A stretch of DNA of 59,711 nucleotides, filler included. It is 4 parts of 4 records of this genome, joined end to end, with 100 filler letters (N's around TTAATTAATTAA, not from the genome) between each part and the next. Parts side by side here need not be neighbours in the genome. Positions count along the whole stretch, not along the records: positions 1 to 31,364 come from SRR31156797_5935; 3 more parts are not named here. One strand, given 5' to 3'. The notes under the pieces are model-generated. The model was not told the DNA's origin. It saw only the letters and a program-made list of their open reading frames with translations, and made no database searches. Every line of letters starts with the position of its first letter. Within the stretch, counting starts at the first letter, position 1. Of this stretch, positions 1 through 9,705 are shown one piece after another. Position numbers and translations under genes: made by a program.

Positions 1-465
1 GATAGTGAAAAAGCTGCAAAATCAGTTCTTGATGCATTTTATGGAATGGATGTAAACTTACTTGTTCAAGAGTTTATTGAAGAAGCAGGCGGAGCAGATA
101 TAAGAGCTTTTGTTGTTGGTGGTGAAGTAGTTGGTGCAATGAAAAGACAAGGTGCAGAGGGTGACTTTAGGTCTAATCTACATCAAGGTGGAAGTGCAAC
201 TGCTTATAAGTTAAATAGAAAAGAAAAATCTACAGCATTAGCAGCAGCTAAAGCAATGGGGCTTGGAGTATGTGGAGTTGATATGATCCCTTCTTCAAGA
301 GGTCCTTTGGTAATGGAAGTAAACTCTTCTCCAGGTCTTGAAGGTATAGAAAAATCAACAAAAATTGATATTGCTGGAAAGATTATGGGCTATATAGAAA
401 AAAATGTTACTCCTCATGAACCAAATAAAAAAAGAAAGATTAAAAGAGATAATATAGGTGCATAA
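1..465 (+). CDS. rimK: RimK family ATP-grasp alpha-L-glutamate ligase (5' truncated by window edge)
   Basis: Frame is open from base 1 ([15 protein letters not shown]...). Motifs [26 protein letters not shown] and [13 protein letters not shown] are typical of RimK. Confidence 0.92.
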   Translation, partial: DSEKAAKSVLDAFYGMDVNLLVQEFIEEAGGADIRAFVVGGEVVGAMKRQGAEGDFRSNLHQGGSATAYKLNRKEKSTALAAAKAMGLGVCGVDMIPSSRGPLVMEVNSSPGLEGIEKSTKIDIAGKIMGYIEKNVTPHEPNKKRKIKRDNIGA

Positions 466-1509
466 ATGGAAAAGTTAGAGATTGCTGGGCAAGAGATATT
501 AAAAGGAACAAGTACAAATATAAACTTGGAACTTCCTAAACTTTACCATTCTCCAATGAAACTTCCTATAAAAGTTATTAGAGGAAAAAGAGATGGTAGA
601 ACAATATTTATCAGTGCTGCAATTCATGGCGATGAATTAAATGGAATTGAGATAATAAGAAGATTTAAGAAACTTAATATTTTAAAAAGACTAAAAGGTA
701 CAGTTATTTTAATTCCTATGGTAAATATCTATGGAGTAGCTACACTTTCTAGATATATGCCAGATAGAAGAGATTTAAATAGATCTTTTCCTGGTTCAAA
801 AAAAGGTTCACTTGCAAGTCGTATTGCGAAGATATTTTTTGATGAGATTATCTCAAAATGCAGTTTTGGTATAGATTTACATACGGCATCAATTCACAAA
901 TCAAACTTACCACAAATAAGAACAAATATAAAAGATGAATTTACTTATGGGTTAGCAAAATCATTTGAAGCGCCTGTTGTTTTACACTCTGAATTAAGAG
1001 ATGGCTCTTTAAGAGAAGAAGCGGGTAAAAAAGATATTCCGGTTTTATTATATGAAGCAGGAGAAGCTTTGAGGTTTGATGAAACATCAATCAGAATTGG
1101 TGTAAAAGGTATTGTAAATGTTTTAAGAGAACTTGAAATGTTGCCAAAAGCTGCAAAAAAGAAAAGATATAGACTTCCAATTATTGCAAAAAGTAGTCAA
1201 TGGATTAGATCAACAGAAAGTGGAATTATTAGAACAGTAAAAGCATTAGGTGATACTGTAAAAGTAGATGAAATTATTGCCTATGTTGATGAACCATTAG
1301 ATGATAACTCTTTTGAAATCAAATCACCTTTTGATGGAATTATTATAGGAAAATCTGAAATACCTCTGATACAAGAGGGGGATGCAGTTTTTCATATAGC
1401 AAAACTAAAAGACTTAGAGATTGCCGAAAATAAAATAGAATACTTCCATGGAGATTTAGTTGAGGAAAATGAGTTCAAAGAGTTAGATAGTGAGTTGATG
1501 ATTGAGTAA
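466..1509 (+). CDS. Succinylglutamate desuccinylase/aspartoacylase (AstE/AspA, M14-like Zn deacylase)
   Basis: Motifs AAIHGDELNG (HxxE), DLNRSFPG, IDLHT and YEAG. Starts immediately after the rimK stop. Confidence 0.9.
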   Translation: MEKLEIAGQEILKGTSTNINLELPKLYHSPMKLPIKVIRGKRDGRTIFISAAIHGDELNGIEIIRRFKKLNILKRLKGTVILIPMVNIYGVATLSRYMPDRRDLNRSFPGSKKGSLASRIAKIFFDEIISKCSFGIDLHTASIHKSNLPQIRTNIKDEFTYGLAKSFEAPVVLHSELRDGSLREEAGKKDIPVLLYEAGEALRFDETSIRIGVKGIVNVLRELEMLPKAAKKKRYRLPIIAKSSQWIRSTESGIIRTVKALGDTVKVDEIIAYVDEPLDDNSFEIKSPFDGIIIGKSEIPLIQEGDAVFHIAKLKDLEIAENKIEYFHGDLVEENEFKELDSELMIE

Positions 1510-1669
1510 GCTATATTAAATTTAAAAAACTTGCACTTGATGAACTATTGGATATTTTGTTAAATGATATATCAGACTTAACTTTTAGAGCAGAACAATC
1601 AATAGCTTCAGGTGGAACTAGAACAGTTTTAAAAACTTTTAAACTTTTATAAATATTATCTACAAAAAG

Positions 1670-3184
1670 CTATTTAGCTTTTTGTAGTTTATGTAAAGGT
1701 TTTAAAAACCAAGTTAATACTGCAATACATAAAACAAGAGTTGTTGCTAAAGTATAAAAATCGTTTGTAGCTAACATAACTGATTGTGCTTGTATTAGAT
1801 TTGATAAATATGCTACTACTGATTCTTTTGAGATAGATAGTTGATTTTCTAACTGTAATATTTTTTCACTGTAATCTGTCATATTAACTAAATCAACACG
1901 ATTCTCTTTTGTCATATGTTCCCAAAATGTTTGGCTAAGTGAAGAGCCTACTGCCATAGCCATAATTCTTAAAAAGTTTTGTAATCCTGCTCCACCTGTT
2001 ATATGTTTTGGACTTAGTTCAGAAATACCTAAAGAGGTTAGGGTAATCATACAAGCAGGAACTCCAGCCCCTAAAACAAAAATTGGTAGGGCAACAGAAA
2101 AGTAAGTTGCATCTGTATTTAAAAGTGTTCTTAAAAAGAAGCCAAAAGCTAATACACATAAACCATAAGTTATTATAACTCTAGTATCTATTTTTGGAAT
2201 AAGTTTCCCAACAATAGGGGAGGTTATAACTGCTAAGATACCAATTGGTGCCAAAGTTAATCCAGACCAAGTTGCTGTATATCCCATAAGTTCTTGTAAC
2301 CATAAAGGTGTTATTAGAACATTACCAAAAAATACTCCAAACATCAAAGATAATATAAGAGTTGAAACAGTCCAGTTTCTAGATTTTACAACACTTAAAT
2401 CAATAATAGGTTGTTCTTCTGTTAATTCCCAAATAATAAAACTTCCAAGTGAGATAAATGAGATAATCGCACAAGCAATTATAAAATCTGATGCGAACCA
2501 ATCTAGTTCTCTTCCTTTGTCTAGCATAACTTGAAAAGCTGTAACAAAAACTATTAAAAGAGTTAGACCAATATAATCGATTCTACTTTTTGTAATAAGT
2601 GTTTCTCTGTCTTTTAATAATATATATGAACCAATAACTAAGATTAATCCAAAAAAGATATTAATATAAAATATCCATTCCCAAGACCAGTTATCTGAGA
2701 TATACCCACCTAAAATAGGTCCAAAAATTGGAGCAACAACAGTCATCATTCCCCACATTGCCATTGCAGCATGGGATTTGTCTTTTGGAAAAATTGATAA
2801 AAGTAAAGTTGCAGATAAAGGGATTATTGGACCACTAGCTAGTCCTTGAAAGATTCTAAATACTATTAGTGTTCCTAGTGAACTAGACAAACCACAAAGT
2901 ACAGAAAATATCACAAAGGCTATAATTGAACCAATAAATAATCTCACTTCTCCTAATTGTCTTGCAAGCCATCCAGTTAAAGGTACTGTAATAGCTTCAG
3001 CAACTGCATAAGTTGTAATAAGCCAAGTTCCTTGTGTAGTTGAAACCCCTAAATCTCCAGAAATAGTTGGTATTGCAACATTTGTAATAGTTGTATCTAA
3101 TACAACTATAAAGTTACCAAAAGCTAAGATAAAAGCTGCAATAGCTAGTTTTAACCCTTCAAAGGGAGGATATTTTTGTTCCAT
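1670..3184 (-). CDS. emrB: DHA2 (EmrB/QacA) MFS multidrug efflux permease
   Basis: 504 aa, highly hydrophobic. Motifs VLDTTITNVAIPTI, WLITTY, FRIFQG, APIFGPILGG, WIFYIN and LDKGRELDWF. Confidence 0.92.
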   Translation of the reverse strand: MEQKYPPFEGLKLAIAAFILAFGNFIVVLDTTITNVAIPTISGDLGVSTTQGTWLITTYAVAEAITVPLTGWLARQLGEVRLFIGSIIAFVIFSVLCGLSSSLGTLIVFRIFQGLASGPIIPLSATLLLSIFPKDKSHAAMAMWGMMTVVAPIFGPILGGYISDNWSWEWIFYINIFFGLILVIGSYILLKDRETLITKSRIDYIGLTLLIVFVTAFQVMLDKGRELDWFASDFIIACAIISFISLGSFIIWELTEEQPIIDLSVVKSRNWTVSTLILSLMFGVFFGNVLITPLWLQELMGYTATWSGLTLAPIGILAVITSPIVGKLIPKIDTRVIITYGLCVLAFGFFLRTLLNTDATYFSVALPIFVLGAGVPACMITLTSLGISELSPKHITGGAGLQNFLRIMAMAVGSSLSQTFWEHMTKENRVDLVNMTDYSEKILQLENQLSISKESVVAYLSNLIQAQSVMLATNDFYTLATTLVLCIAVLTWFLKPLHKLQKAK

Positions 3185-3193
3185 TTTAAACCG

Positions 3194-4306
3194 TTAGTTT
3201 TCTAAAAATACTTTTGCATGCATAGATAAACCAACATAAAGTGGATTTTTTGCCAATTCATCTTTTTGTAGTTTAACTCTTATTGGAAGCCTTTGTACAA
3301 CTTTAATCCAGTTTCCAGTAGCATTTTGTGCAGGAATTAGAGACAAAGCAGAACCAGTAGCACTTGAGATTCCCTCAACAAGCCCATGATAAATCACATC
3401 TTTACCATATATGTCTGAATATAATTCAACCTTTTGACCAACTTTAACTTTTTGTAGTTTATTTTCTTTGAAATTTGCATCAACATAGATTTTATCTATT
3501 GGTACTATATTTAGAAGTTGAGTACTAGTATTTACATATTGACCAACTTTTACATTTTTCTGTACAACAACACCTGAAATTGGTGCTTTAATAACTGTTC
3601 TTTCTAAATCAACTTTTGCTTTATCAAAACTTGCAAGTGCCTGCATAACTTCAGGATTGTATTCAATAGTTTTATCATCAATTAATTGATGATTTGATTC
3701 TTTTTGAGCTTGAGTTACTATTTTTGATGCAATTGAGCTTTTTAAGTCTGATTGGGCATTTTTTAAATCTGCTTTTGCACTATCATATATAAGTTTTATA
3801 TCATCATAGGCTTGTTTTGAGACTGATTTTGTTTTTAAAAGTTGATTATATCTATTTAAATCTTTTCGAGCTTTTTCAAGTTTGATTTTTGCTTTTTCTA
3901 TTGAGGTTTTTGCTGTTTCAATCTCTGTATTATTTAGCTTGATTTTTTCTTCAAACTCAGTGTCATTACTCATTAGTTGTTTAACTTTTCTTTTTGTATA
4001 TTCAAGGTTTGCTTTTGCTTTTTCAAGTGCAATTTTTGCATCTGTATCATCTAAGACAACTAGTATGTCTCCTTTTTGAACATACTGTGTATCTATTACA
4101 TTTACATCTTTAACAGGGGCTGCTATTTTAGAAATGATTTGTGCTAAGTCTGCTTTTGTATATGCATTATCTGTTTCAATCATTTTTGATGCATATAAAA
4201 AGTGGTATCCTACAAAGTAGGCTATTGTAGCAACAATAATAGTTGAGAAAAATACTAAAAAATATTTTTTTCGATTGGTTTTGTTCTTAACTTTTTCTTC
4301 GTTCAT
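3194..4306 (-). CDS. emrA: EmrA/HlyD-family periplasmic adaptor
   Basis: N-terminal TM, TDNAY motif, helical hairpin, ANFKE and LIPAQNATGNWIKVVQRLPIR. Confidence 0.92.
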   Translation of the reverse strand: MNEEKVKNKTNRKKYFLVFFSTIIVATIAYFVGYHFLYASKMIETDNAYTKADLAQIISKIAAPVKDVNVIDTQYVQKGDILVVLDDTDAKIALEKAKANLEYTKRKVKQLMSNDTEFEEKIKLNNTEIETAKTSIEKAKIKLEKARKDLNRYNQLLKTKSVSKQAYDDIKLIYDSAKADLKNAQSDLKSSIASKIVTQAQKESNHQLIDDKTIEYNPEVMQALASFDKAKVDLERTVIKAPISGVVVQKNVKVGQYVNTSTQLLNIVPIDKIYVDANFKENKLQKVKVGQKVELYSDIYGKDVIYHGLVEGISSATGSALSLIPAQNATGNWIKVVQRLPIRVKLQKDELAKNPLYVGLSMHAKVFLEN

Positions 4307-4330
4307 TTATATACCTTAAACTAATATTGA

Positions 4331-4354
4331 ATACGGTACGGTACAGTACCATAT
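4331..4354. promoter_or_regulatory. Probable TetR operator between divergent emrA and tetR
   Basis: ATACGGTACGGTACAGTACCATAT matches its reverse complement at 20 of 24 positions, in an otherwise AT-rich spacer. Confidence 0.65.
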
Positions 4355-4424
4355 AGCTTTTTAAGAAAACCTTAATTATAATAAAAGAAATCAACAAAAG
4401 AAATATAAAATAGGTTATGTTTTT

Positions 4425-5036
4425 ATGGAACAAAAAAACAAAAAAAGAAGAGAAATAATTTTAAATGCCGCAGCAAATGCTTTTTATCAACATGGTTATA
4501 GTGCAACAAGTGTTGACCAAATAATTCAACAAGTTGGTGGCTCAAAAAGAACAATTTATAATGAGTTTAAAAATAAAGAAGGGATTTTTAAAGCACTAAT
4601 AGAAGCAAATGTTGATGAGTTTGTTAATGGAATTTTAAAAGAGAAATTTGAAGAAGATAATCTAAAAGAAAACCTTTTTAAATTTGGATTTGTACTTATG
4701 CAAAACTTTATGAGAGCAAAAACAGTAGGTATTTTTAGGGTTATTTTAAATGAGTCTATTAGATTTCCTGAGTTAGCAAACATGTTTTTTGAAAATGGAC
4801 CTAAAAGAGTTTCTTCAATTTTAGAAGAGATTTTATTAACATCACAAAAAAATGGAGAACTTAGAGATATTGACTGTGCTAAAAGTGCAGGTTCGTTTAT
4901 AGGTATGTTAAGAAGTAATGTTCATCTTAAAATACTTTTAGGTTTAGATAAATCTTTTTCTAAGGAAGATACAACCCAAGCTGTAAATGAAGCAATAGAT
5001 ATTTTTCTTAATGGGATATCGAAAAATAGGGTATAA
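4425..5036 (+). CDS. TetR/AcrR family transcriptional regulator
   Basis: N-terminal HTH GYSATSVDQI..VGGSKRTIYNEFKNKEGIF. Divergent from emrAB. Confidence 0.9.
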   Translation: MEQKNKKRREIILNAAANAFYQHGYSATSVDQIIQQVGGSKRTIYNEFKNKEGIFKALIEANVDEFVNGILKEKFEEDNLKENLFKFGFVLMQNFMRAKTVGIFRVILNESIRFPELANMFFENGPKRVSSILEEILLTSQKNGELRDIDCAKSAGSFIGMLRSNVHLKILLGLDKSFSKEDTTQAVNEAIDIFLNGISKNRV

Positions 5037-5244
5037 ATAAAATAATAATTTTATATATTAAAAAAATATAAATAAATAAATTTAATAATTTAAATAAAGT
5101 TTTTTCATATTTTTAGCTTAAATTTATAAAAACTTATTTAGAATTTCACTCTAGACTTGCGTGCCAAGTAGTGTTTATTTTTTCCCTCAAATTTCTGCTA
5201 AACACACATAAAATAAATAAATGTTTTATGGAGTAAACAATCAA

Positions 5245-5838
5245 ATGAAAAATTATAAGATGATAATTGATGCGCAAAAGTGCGTAGGTTGTCATGCATG
5301 TGAAGTCGCTTGTAAGCAAGAGTTTAAAGCCCCTTTAGGGTTTTTTAGAACTATGACTTTATATCTTGATAGTGGGTCTTTCCCAAAAGTAAAAAGAGAG
5401 TTTTTACCTCTTATGTGTAGACAGTGTGATGATGCTTTGTGTCAAAAAGCCTGTACTAACGGTGCAATTTCAAAGGAGAATGGAATTGTAAAAATCGATG
5501 AATCAAAATGTGACGGATGTGGAGATTGTACAAAAGCCTGTTCTATTGGAGCAGTTTATGTAAATCCATTCACTAAAATTGCTGAGAAGTGTAATCTTTG
5601 TGAACATAGGTTAGAAATAGGACTCAAACCAGCATGTGAAGCAACATGTGTTGCAGATGCAATTAAGGTAATAAGTGATGAATCAAACATCCCTTCAGAT
5701 GCAAAACCATTTATCAACCATAAAGATGATAAACCTTCAACATTGCATATTGGTGCTAACGATGAGATGAAAAGCAAACTAAAGCCAGGAAGAAGTTTTT
5801 CTGCTTTAAACTACGAAATTTACACATGGGCGCAATAA
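5245..5838 (+). CDS. Four-cluster Fe-S subunit of a DMSO-reductase-family enzyme (DmsB/PsrB/ArrB-like)
   Basis: 16 Cys in four groups: CVGCHACEVAC, CRQCxxxxCxxxC, CDGCGDCTKAC and CNLC...CxxxC. Start at ATG 5245 (downstream of GGAG) is preferred over 5221. Confidence 0.9.
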   Translation: MKNYKMIIDAQKCVGCHACEVACKQEFKAPLGFFRTMTLYLDSGSFPKVKREFLPLMCRQCDDALCQKACTNGAISKENGIVKIDESKCDGCGDCTKACSIGAVYVNPFTKIAEKCNLCEHRLEIGLKPACEATCVADAIKVISDESNIPSDAKPFINHKDDKPSTLHIGANDEMKSKLKPGRSFSALNYEIYTWAQ

Positions 5839-5839
5839 G

Positions 5840-8371
5840 ATGAATAGAAGAGACTTTTTAAGAAATGGGGCAATTTCCCTAGCGGCATTAAAATTAGGTG
5901 AGGTTATAGCATTAACACCTTCAAAACTTGAAGCAAGTGAGATTAAAACTTTCCAAAAGTTTAATACTTTGGCAAAAAATATAAAAGGTATTGAAAGAGT
6001 TCCTAGCGTATGTCTTAACTGTTCTACTATTTGTGGAATGACTGTTTTAGTTAAAGATGGAGAAATCCTAGGGGTTGAGGGAAACCCTTTAGATCCAAAC
6101 AGTCAAGGAAAACTATGTGCAAAAGCTCATGGTGGTGTAAATGCAGTTGATTATCCAGAAAGAATAGTTTATCCTCTTAAAAGAGTGGGAAAAAGAGGTG
6201 ATGGATTATGGAAAAGAATCACTATGGTAGAAGCTTATGAGATAATGAGCTCAAAAATCAAAAAATGTCTTGATGATAAAAAACCTGAGGGTATTGTTTT
6301 CCATGGGGGAAGAAACAAAATGGGTGATATCACAGGAAGATTTATGGACGCAGTTGGTTCACCAGTTATCTTAAACCATAGAGCTTTATGTTCATCAAAT
6401 AAAAGAGCTGCAAACTATACAACTATTGGTGATACAAGTTGGGAAACAGTTGATGCTCTTAGATGTAAATATTTTCTAAATTTTGGTTCAAACTTTTTAG
6501 AAAACCACCAAGGTGGGTTTGCTTTAATGAAAAGATATATTGAAGCAAAACAAAATGGAGCAAAACTAGTTACTTTTGATACTAGACTTTCAAATACAGC
6601 TGGAAAAAGTGATGAGTGGTATTCTCCATATCCATCAAGTGAAGGTGCAATTGCACTTGCAATGGCAAATGTAATTATGGAAAAAAACCTTTACAATGAG
6701 AAGTTTATAACTGAGTGGTGTAATACAAGTGTTGAAGAGTTTAAAGAACAAATCAAAACTTACACACCAAAGTTTGCCCAAGAACAAAGTGGAATAGATG
6801 CAAAAGATATTGAAAGATTAGCAATTGAGTTTGCAAAAGCTGCACCACATTGTGCGGCATTTACAAATAGAGGTTCTCAAGCACATTACAATGGTTTACA
6901 TAACGATAGAGCAGTTGTAATCCTAAATGCTCTTGTTGGAAGTATTGGACAAGAGGGTGGATATGCTTATGGTGGTTCTAAAAACAAAAAAGATTTTCCA
7001 ATGCCAAAACCAGTTCCTCCTAAACCAAAATTTACAACTGATTTAGAAGACCCTCAACTTTACCCATTTGCAAATAAATGGCAAAAAATGAGAGTTAGTG
7101 AGCTTTGTTATGATAAAATCAAAAATAACAATCATGGTATTCAAGTTTATATGTCTTATACAATCTCTTCACCTCAAACATGGCCAGAGGGACCACAAAC
7201 AGCTGTTGAAGTTTTAAAAGATGAAAAACTTATACCTTTCCATGTTTGTTCTGATGTTGTTTACTCAGAGATGGCACACTATGCTGACTTGATTTTACCA
7301 GATGCAACATATTTTGAAAGATATACAATAGAAGGAAGAAATGCTTATGAGTTGATTCCATATTTTGTATTAAGACAACCTGCTGTTAAACCACCATATG
7401 ATTGTGAAAACTTTGCAGATACTTTAATCAAAGTTGCAAAAAGATTAGGTGAGCCTGTTGCTAAATATTTTACTTTTGATTCATATGAAGAGTTTATCTC
7501 TTTAAGATTTTCAACACTTCCTAAAAGAGAAGGTTTAAGTGGATTTGAATATATGAAAAAATATGGTGCTTGGGTTGAAGACAAACCTAAAAACTATGAA
7601 CCCTATAACCATAAACTTTCACAAAAAGATTTAGAGGGAAGTTTTGTTGAAGATAATATTGTTTATAAAACTAAAAAAGGTAAGAAAACTGCAATTGGTA
7701 TTATAAAAGATGGACAAAAAGTTAGAGGTTTTAAAACACCTTCAAGAAAATTTGAGATTGTGTCAAATGACATTATAAAATACTCAAAAAAACTTGGACT
7801 TGATGAAACAGGTTTCCCTCACTTTAAGATGCCAAAATCTCTAAAAGAGAAAAAAGATGATGAGTTAGTTCTTACAACATTTAAGTGGAATGTTCATACA
7901 CAAGCTAGAACAGCTCCTCAAAAATATCTAACTGAAATTGTTCATGATAATCCAATGTGGATTAATACTAAAACAGCAAACAAATTTGGTGTAAAAAATG
8001 GCGATATGGTTGAGATTACTACATATAGACCAAAAGAGGGTTATAAAGCATCAGAAAATGAAGTTGTTGGAAGTATGAAAGTTAAAGCTTTTGTAACTGA
8101 AGGTATTCATCCTGAAGTTTTAGCAATAAGTAACTCTTTAGGTATGAATTATGGAGGAAGAATTCCAAAAGCTAGAAATGGTATAAAAGAGAATATCAAA
8201 GCTTACCCAGAATATGAAGATTTAGATTTAAATGGAAATATCTGGTGGGATAAAAGATTTGGTGGAAGTGGAAATGGATTTAATCCAAATAATGTAATTC
8301 CAGTAAATCCAGCACCACTAGCTGGTATGCAATCTTGGAATGACACTATCTGTAAAATCAGAAAAGTATAA
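5840..8371 (+). CDS. Tat-exported molybdopterin oxidoreductase catalytic subunit, Psr/Phs/Arr/Ttr-like group; substrate unknown
   Basis: Tat motif NRRDFLR, FS0 motif CX2CX3CX27C, RIVYPLKRVGKRGDG, HxxxC probable Mo ligand, ADLILPDATYFER, and a C-terminal molybdopterin-dinucleotide-binding domain. Confidence 0.88.
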   Translation: MNRRDFLRNGAISLAALKLGEVIALTPSKLEASEIKTFQKFNTLAKNIKGIERVPSVCLNCSTICGMTVLVKDGEILGVEGNPLDPNSQGKLCAKAHGGVNAVDYPERIVYPLKRVGKRGDGLWKRITMVEAYEIMSSKIKKCLDDKKPEGIVFHGGRNKMGDITGRFMDAVGSPVILNHRALCSSNKRAANYTTIGDTSWETVDALRCKYFLNFGSNFLENHQGGFALMKRYIEAKQNGAKLVTFDTRLSNTAGKSDEWYSPYPSSEGAIALAMANVIMEKNLYNEKFITEWCNTSVEEFKEQIKTYTPKFAQEQSGIDAKDIERLAIEFAKAAPHCAAFTNRGSQAHYNGLHNDRAVVILNALVGSIGQEGGYAYGGSKNKKDFPMPKPVPPKPKFTTDLEDPQLYPFANKWQKMRVSELCYDKIKNNNHGIQVYMSYTISSPQTWPEGPQTAVEVLKDEKLIPFHVCSDVVYSEMAHYADLILPDATYFERYTIEGRNAYELIPYFVLRQPAVKPPYDCENFADTLIKVAKRLGEPVAKYFTFDSYEEFISLRFSTLPKREGLSGFEYMKKYGAWVEDKPKNYEPYNHKLSQKDLEGSFVEDNIVYKTKKGKKTAIGIIKDGQKVRGFKTPSRKFEIVSNDIIKYSKKLGLDETGFPHFKMPKSLKEKKDDELVLTTFKWNVHTQARTAPQKYLTEIVHDNPMWINTKTANKFGVKNGDMVEITTYRPKEGYKASENEVVGSMKVKAFVTEGIHPEVLAISNSLGMNYGGRIPKARNGIKENIKAYPEYEDLDLNGNIWWDKRFGGSGNGFNPNNVIPVNPAPLAGMQSWNDTICKIRKV

Positions 8372-8381
8372 GAGGAAAATA

Positions 8382-8410
8382 TAAAATAGTAATACTTTAT
8401 TACTATTTTA
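8382..8410. terminator. Probable bidirectional terminator hairpin
   Basis: TAAAATAGTAATA-CTT-TATTACTATTTTA between convergent genes. The stem is AT-rich. Confidence 0.55.
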
Positions 8411-8962
8411 CCTCTTATCCCATATCAGGTTTAAATTAGTTGATTTTTCAGTTGGGTTTAGGTCTTTTTCTAAGTGAACTGTTTGAAGAACATCTTTTTC
8501 ATTATGAGTTATTACAAACTCCATTTTACTCCAAAATTGAAAACCCCCTGGAAGAAAATAATGCGTGTGAAGATATAGTTTATTATATTTTTTGGCATTT
8601 GCAAAATCGGTGGCTAATTTAAGCAGTTTAGATGCAATTCCAAATCTTCTATATTGTTTTTTTACGTAACATCTTCCTATTTCAGCAATTTTTTTATTAT
8701 TATATCTATCTTTCAAAATCTTAATTCTATTATCATATTTATTAACGCTAATTGTACCAATAACTTCTTTGTTATGTAGAGCAACAAAAAAGGCATTTTC
8801 CTCTTTATTTAAAAGTAAAGTTTCCATTTTTTTGTAGAGGTACTGATATCTTGAATTTTCTAAACGATTGTTATAATGCTTGAAATATTCACTAATAATA
8901 AATTCTTTTGCCTCTTTTTCTAAGTCTTTTGTTACATACTTAAATTTAATATTGTTTATCAA
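8408..8962 (-). CDS. GNAT family N-acetyltransferase
   Basis: Acetyl-CoA-binding motif A (YVKKQYRRFGIASKLL) and YLHTHYFLPGGFQFW. Starts 11 bp after the nikE stop. Confidence 0.85.
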   Translation of the reverse strand: MINNIKFKYVTKDLEKEAKEFIISEYFKHYNNRLENSRYQYLYKKMETLLLNKEENAFFVALHNKEVIGTISVNKYDNRIKILKDRYNNKKIAEIGRCYVKKQYRRFGIASKLLKLATDFANAKKYNKLYLHTHYFLPGGFQFWSKMEFVITHNEKDVLQTVHLEKDLNPTEKSTNLNLIWDKR

Positions 8963-8973
8963 AATATCCCTTT

Positions 8974-9705
8974 TTAGTTAAAATTTATTTGTACAACTGA
9001 GTTTAATAAAGATTGTGTATATTGATGTTGTGCATTATTTAGTTCATTTATTTCTAAATTTTCTATTACTTTTCCTTCTTTTAAAACAATTAACTTATCA
9101 CATAACATTGTTGCTACTTCTAAATCATGACTTATAAAAATAGTTGTCATTGTCATATTCTTTTTGTAATCATTAAATATTTTTATAATCTCTAACTGAT
9201 TTGAAATATCCAAACCATTTAATGCTTCATCTAAAACTAGAAGTTCAGGTTTTGTTAATAATGCCCTTAAAAAAGCTGTTCTTTGAAGCTCTCCACCACT
9301 TAGTTGGTGTGGAAATCTATCTAAAAGTTCTACTCTTATGTTGACAGATTTTAAAAGATTTTTTAGTTCTTGCGTAGATTTTTTCTCTTTTTTATTCCAA
9401 AATATCTCTTGGAGAGATTCTTTAATTGTAAAAGAGGGGTTAATTGAACTTCTATAGTTTTGAAAAACAACGCTTGCTTTTCCTTTATTTTTTTTATGCC
9501 AAAAAGAGGACAATTTCTCTTCTATAAAAATTTCACCTTTTGTTGCACTATCCAATCCTAAAATAATTCTACCTAAAGAGCTTTTCCCACTTCCACTTTC
9601 TCCAATTATAGCAACAGTATCACCCTTTTTTATCTCAAGGTTTATATTGTCTAGGGCAATTTTATTTTTGCCATACTTTTTATAAAGATTTTTTATTTTA
9701 AGCAT
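8974..9705 (-). CDS. nikE: Nickel/peptide ABC transporter ATPase (NikE-like)
   Basis: Walker A GESGSGKS, signature LSGGE, Walker B LVLDE. Last ATPase of the nik operon. Confidence 0.8.
   Translation of the reverse strand: MLKIKNLYKKYGKNKIALDNINLEIKKGDTVAIIGESGSGKSSLGRIILGLDSATKGEIFIEEKLSSFWHKKNKGKASVVFQNYRSSINPSFTIKESLQEIFWNKKEKKSTQELKNLLKSVNIRVELLDRFPHQLSGGELQRTAFLRALLTKPELLVLDEALNGLDISNQLEIIKIFNDYKKNMTMTTIFISHDLEVATMLCDKLIVLKEGKVIENLEINELNNAQHQYTQSLLNSVVQINFN

Noticed and set aside
1506..1652. Stop-free frame with coding-like content (KKLALDELLDILLNDISDLTFRAEQSIASGGTRTVLK) after the deacylase
   Set aside because: No ATG or RBS, under 50 codons and no recognisable family. It may be a gene scar, but I cannot support that.
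5150..5168. TGGCACG on the minus strand resembling a sigma54 -24 box
   Set aside because: No TTGC at -12, and it points toward no gene start.
5840..8371. Calling the Mo-enzyme arrA, arxA, psrA or ttrA
   Set aside because: The diagnostic GRY/GRGWG motifs and the anchor subunit are absent, so the substrate cannot be assigned without phylogeny.
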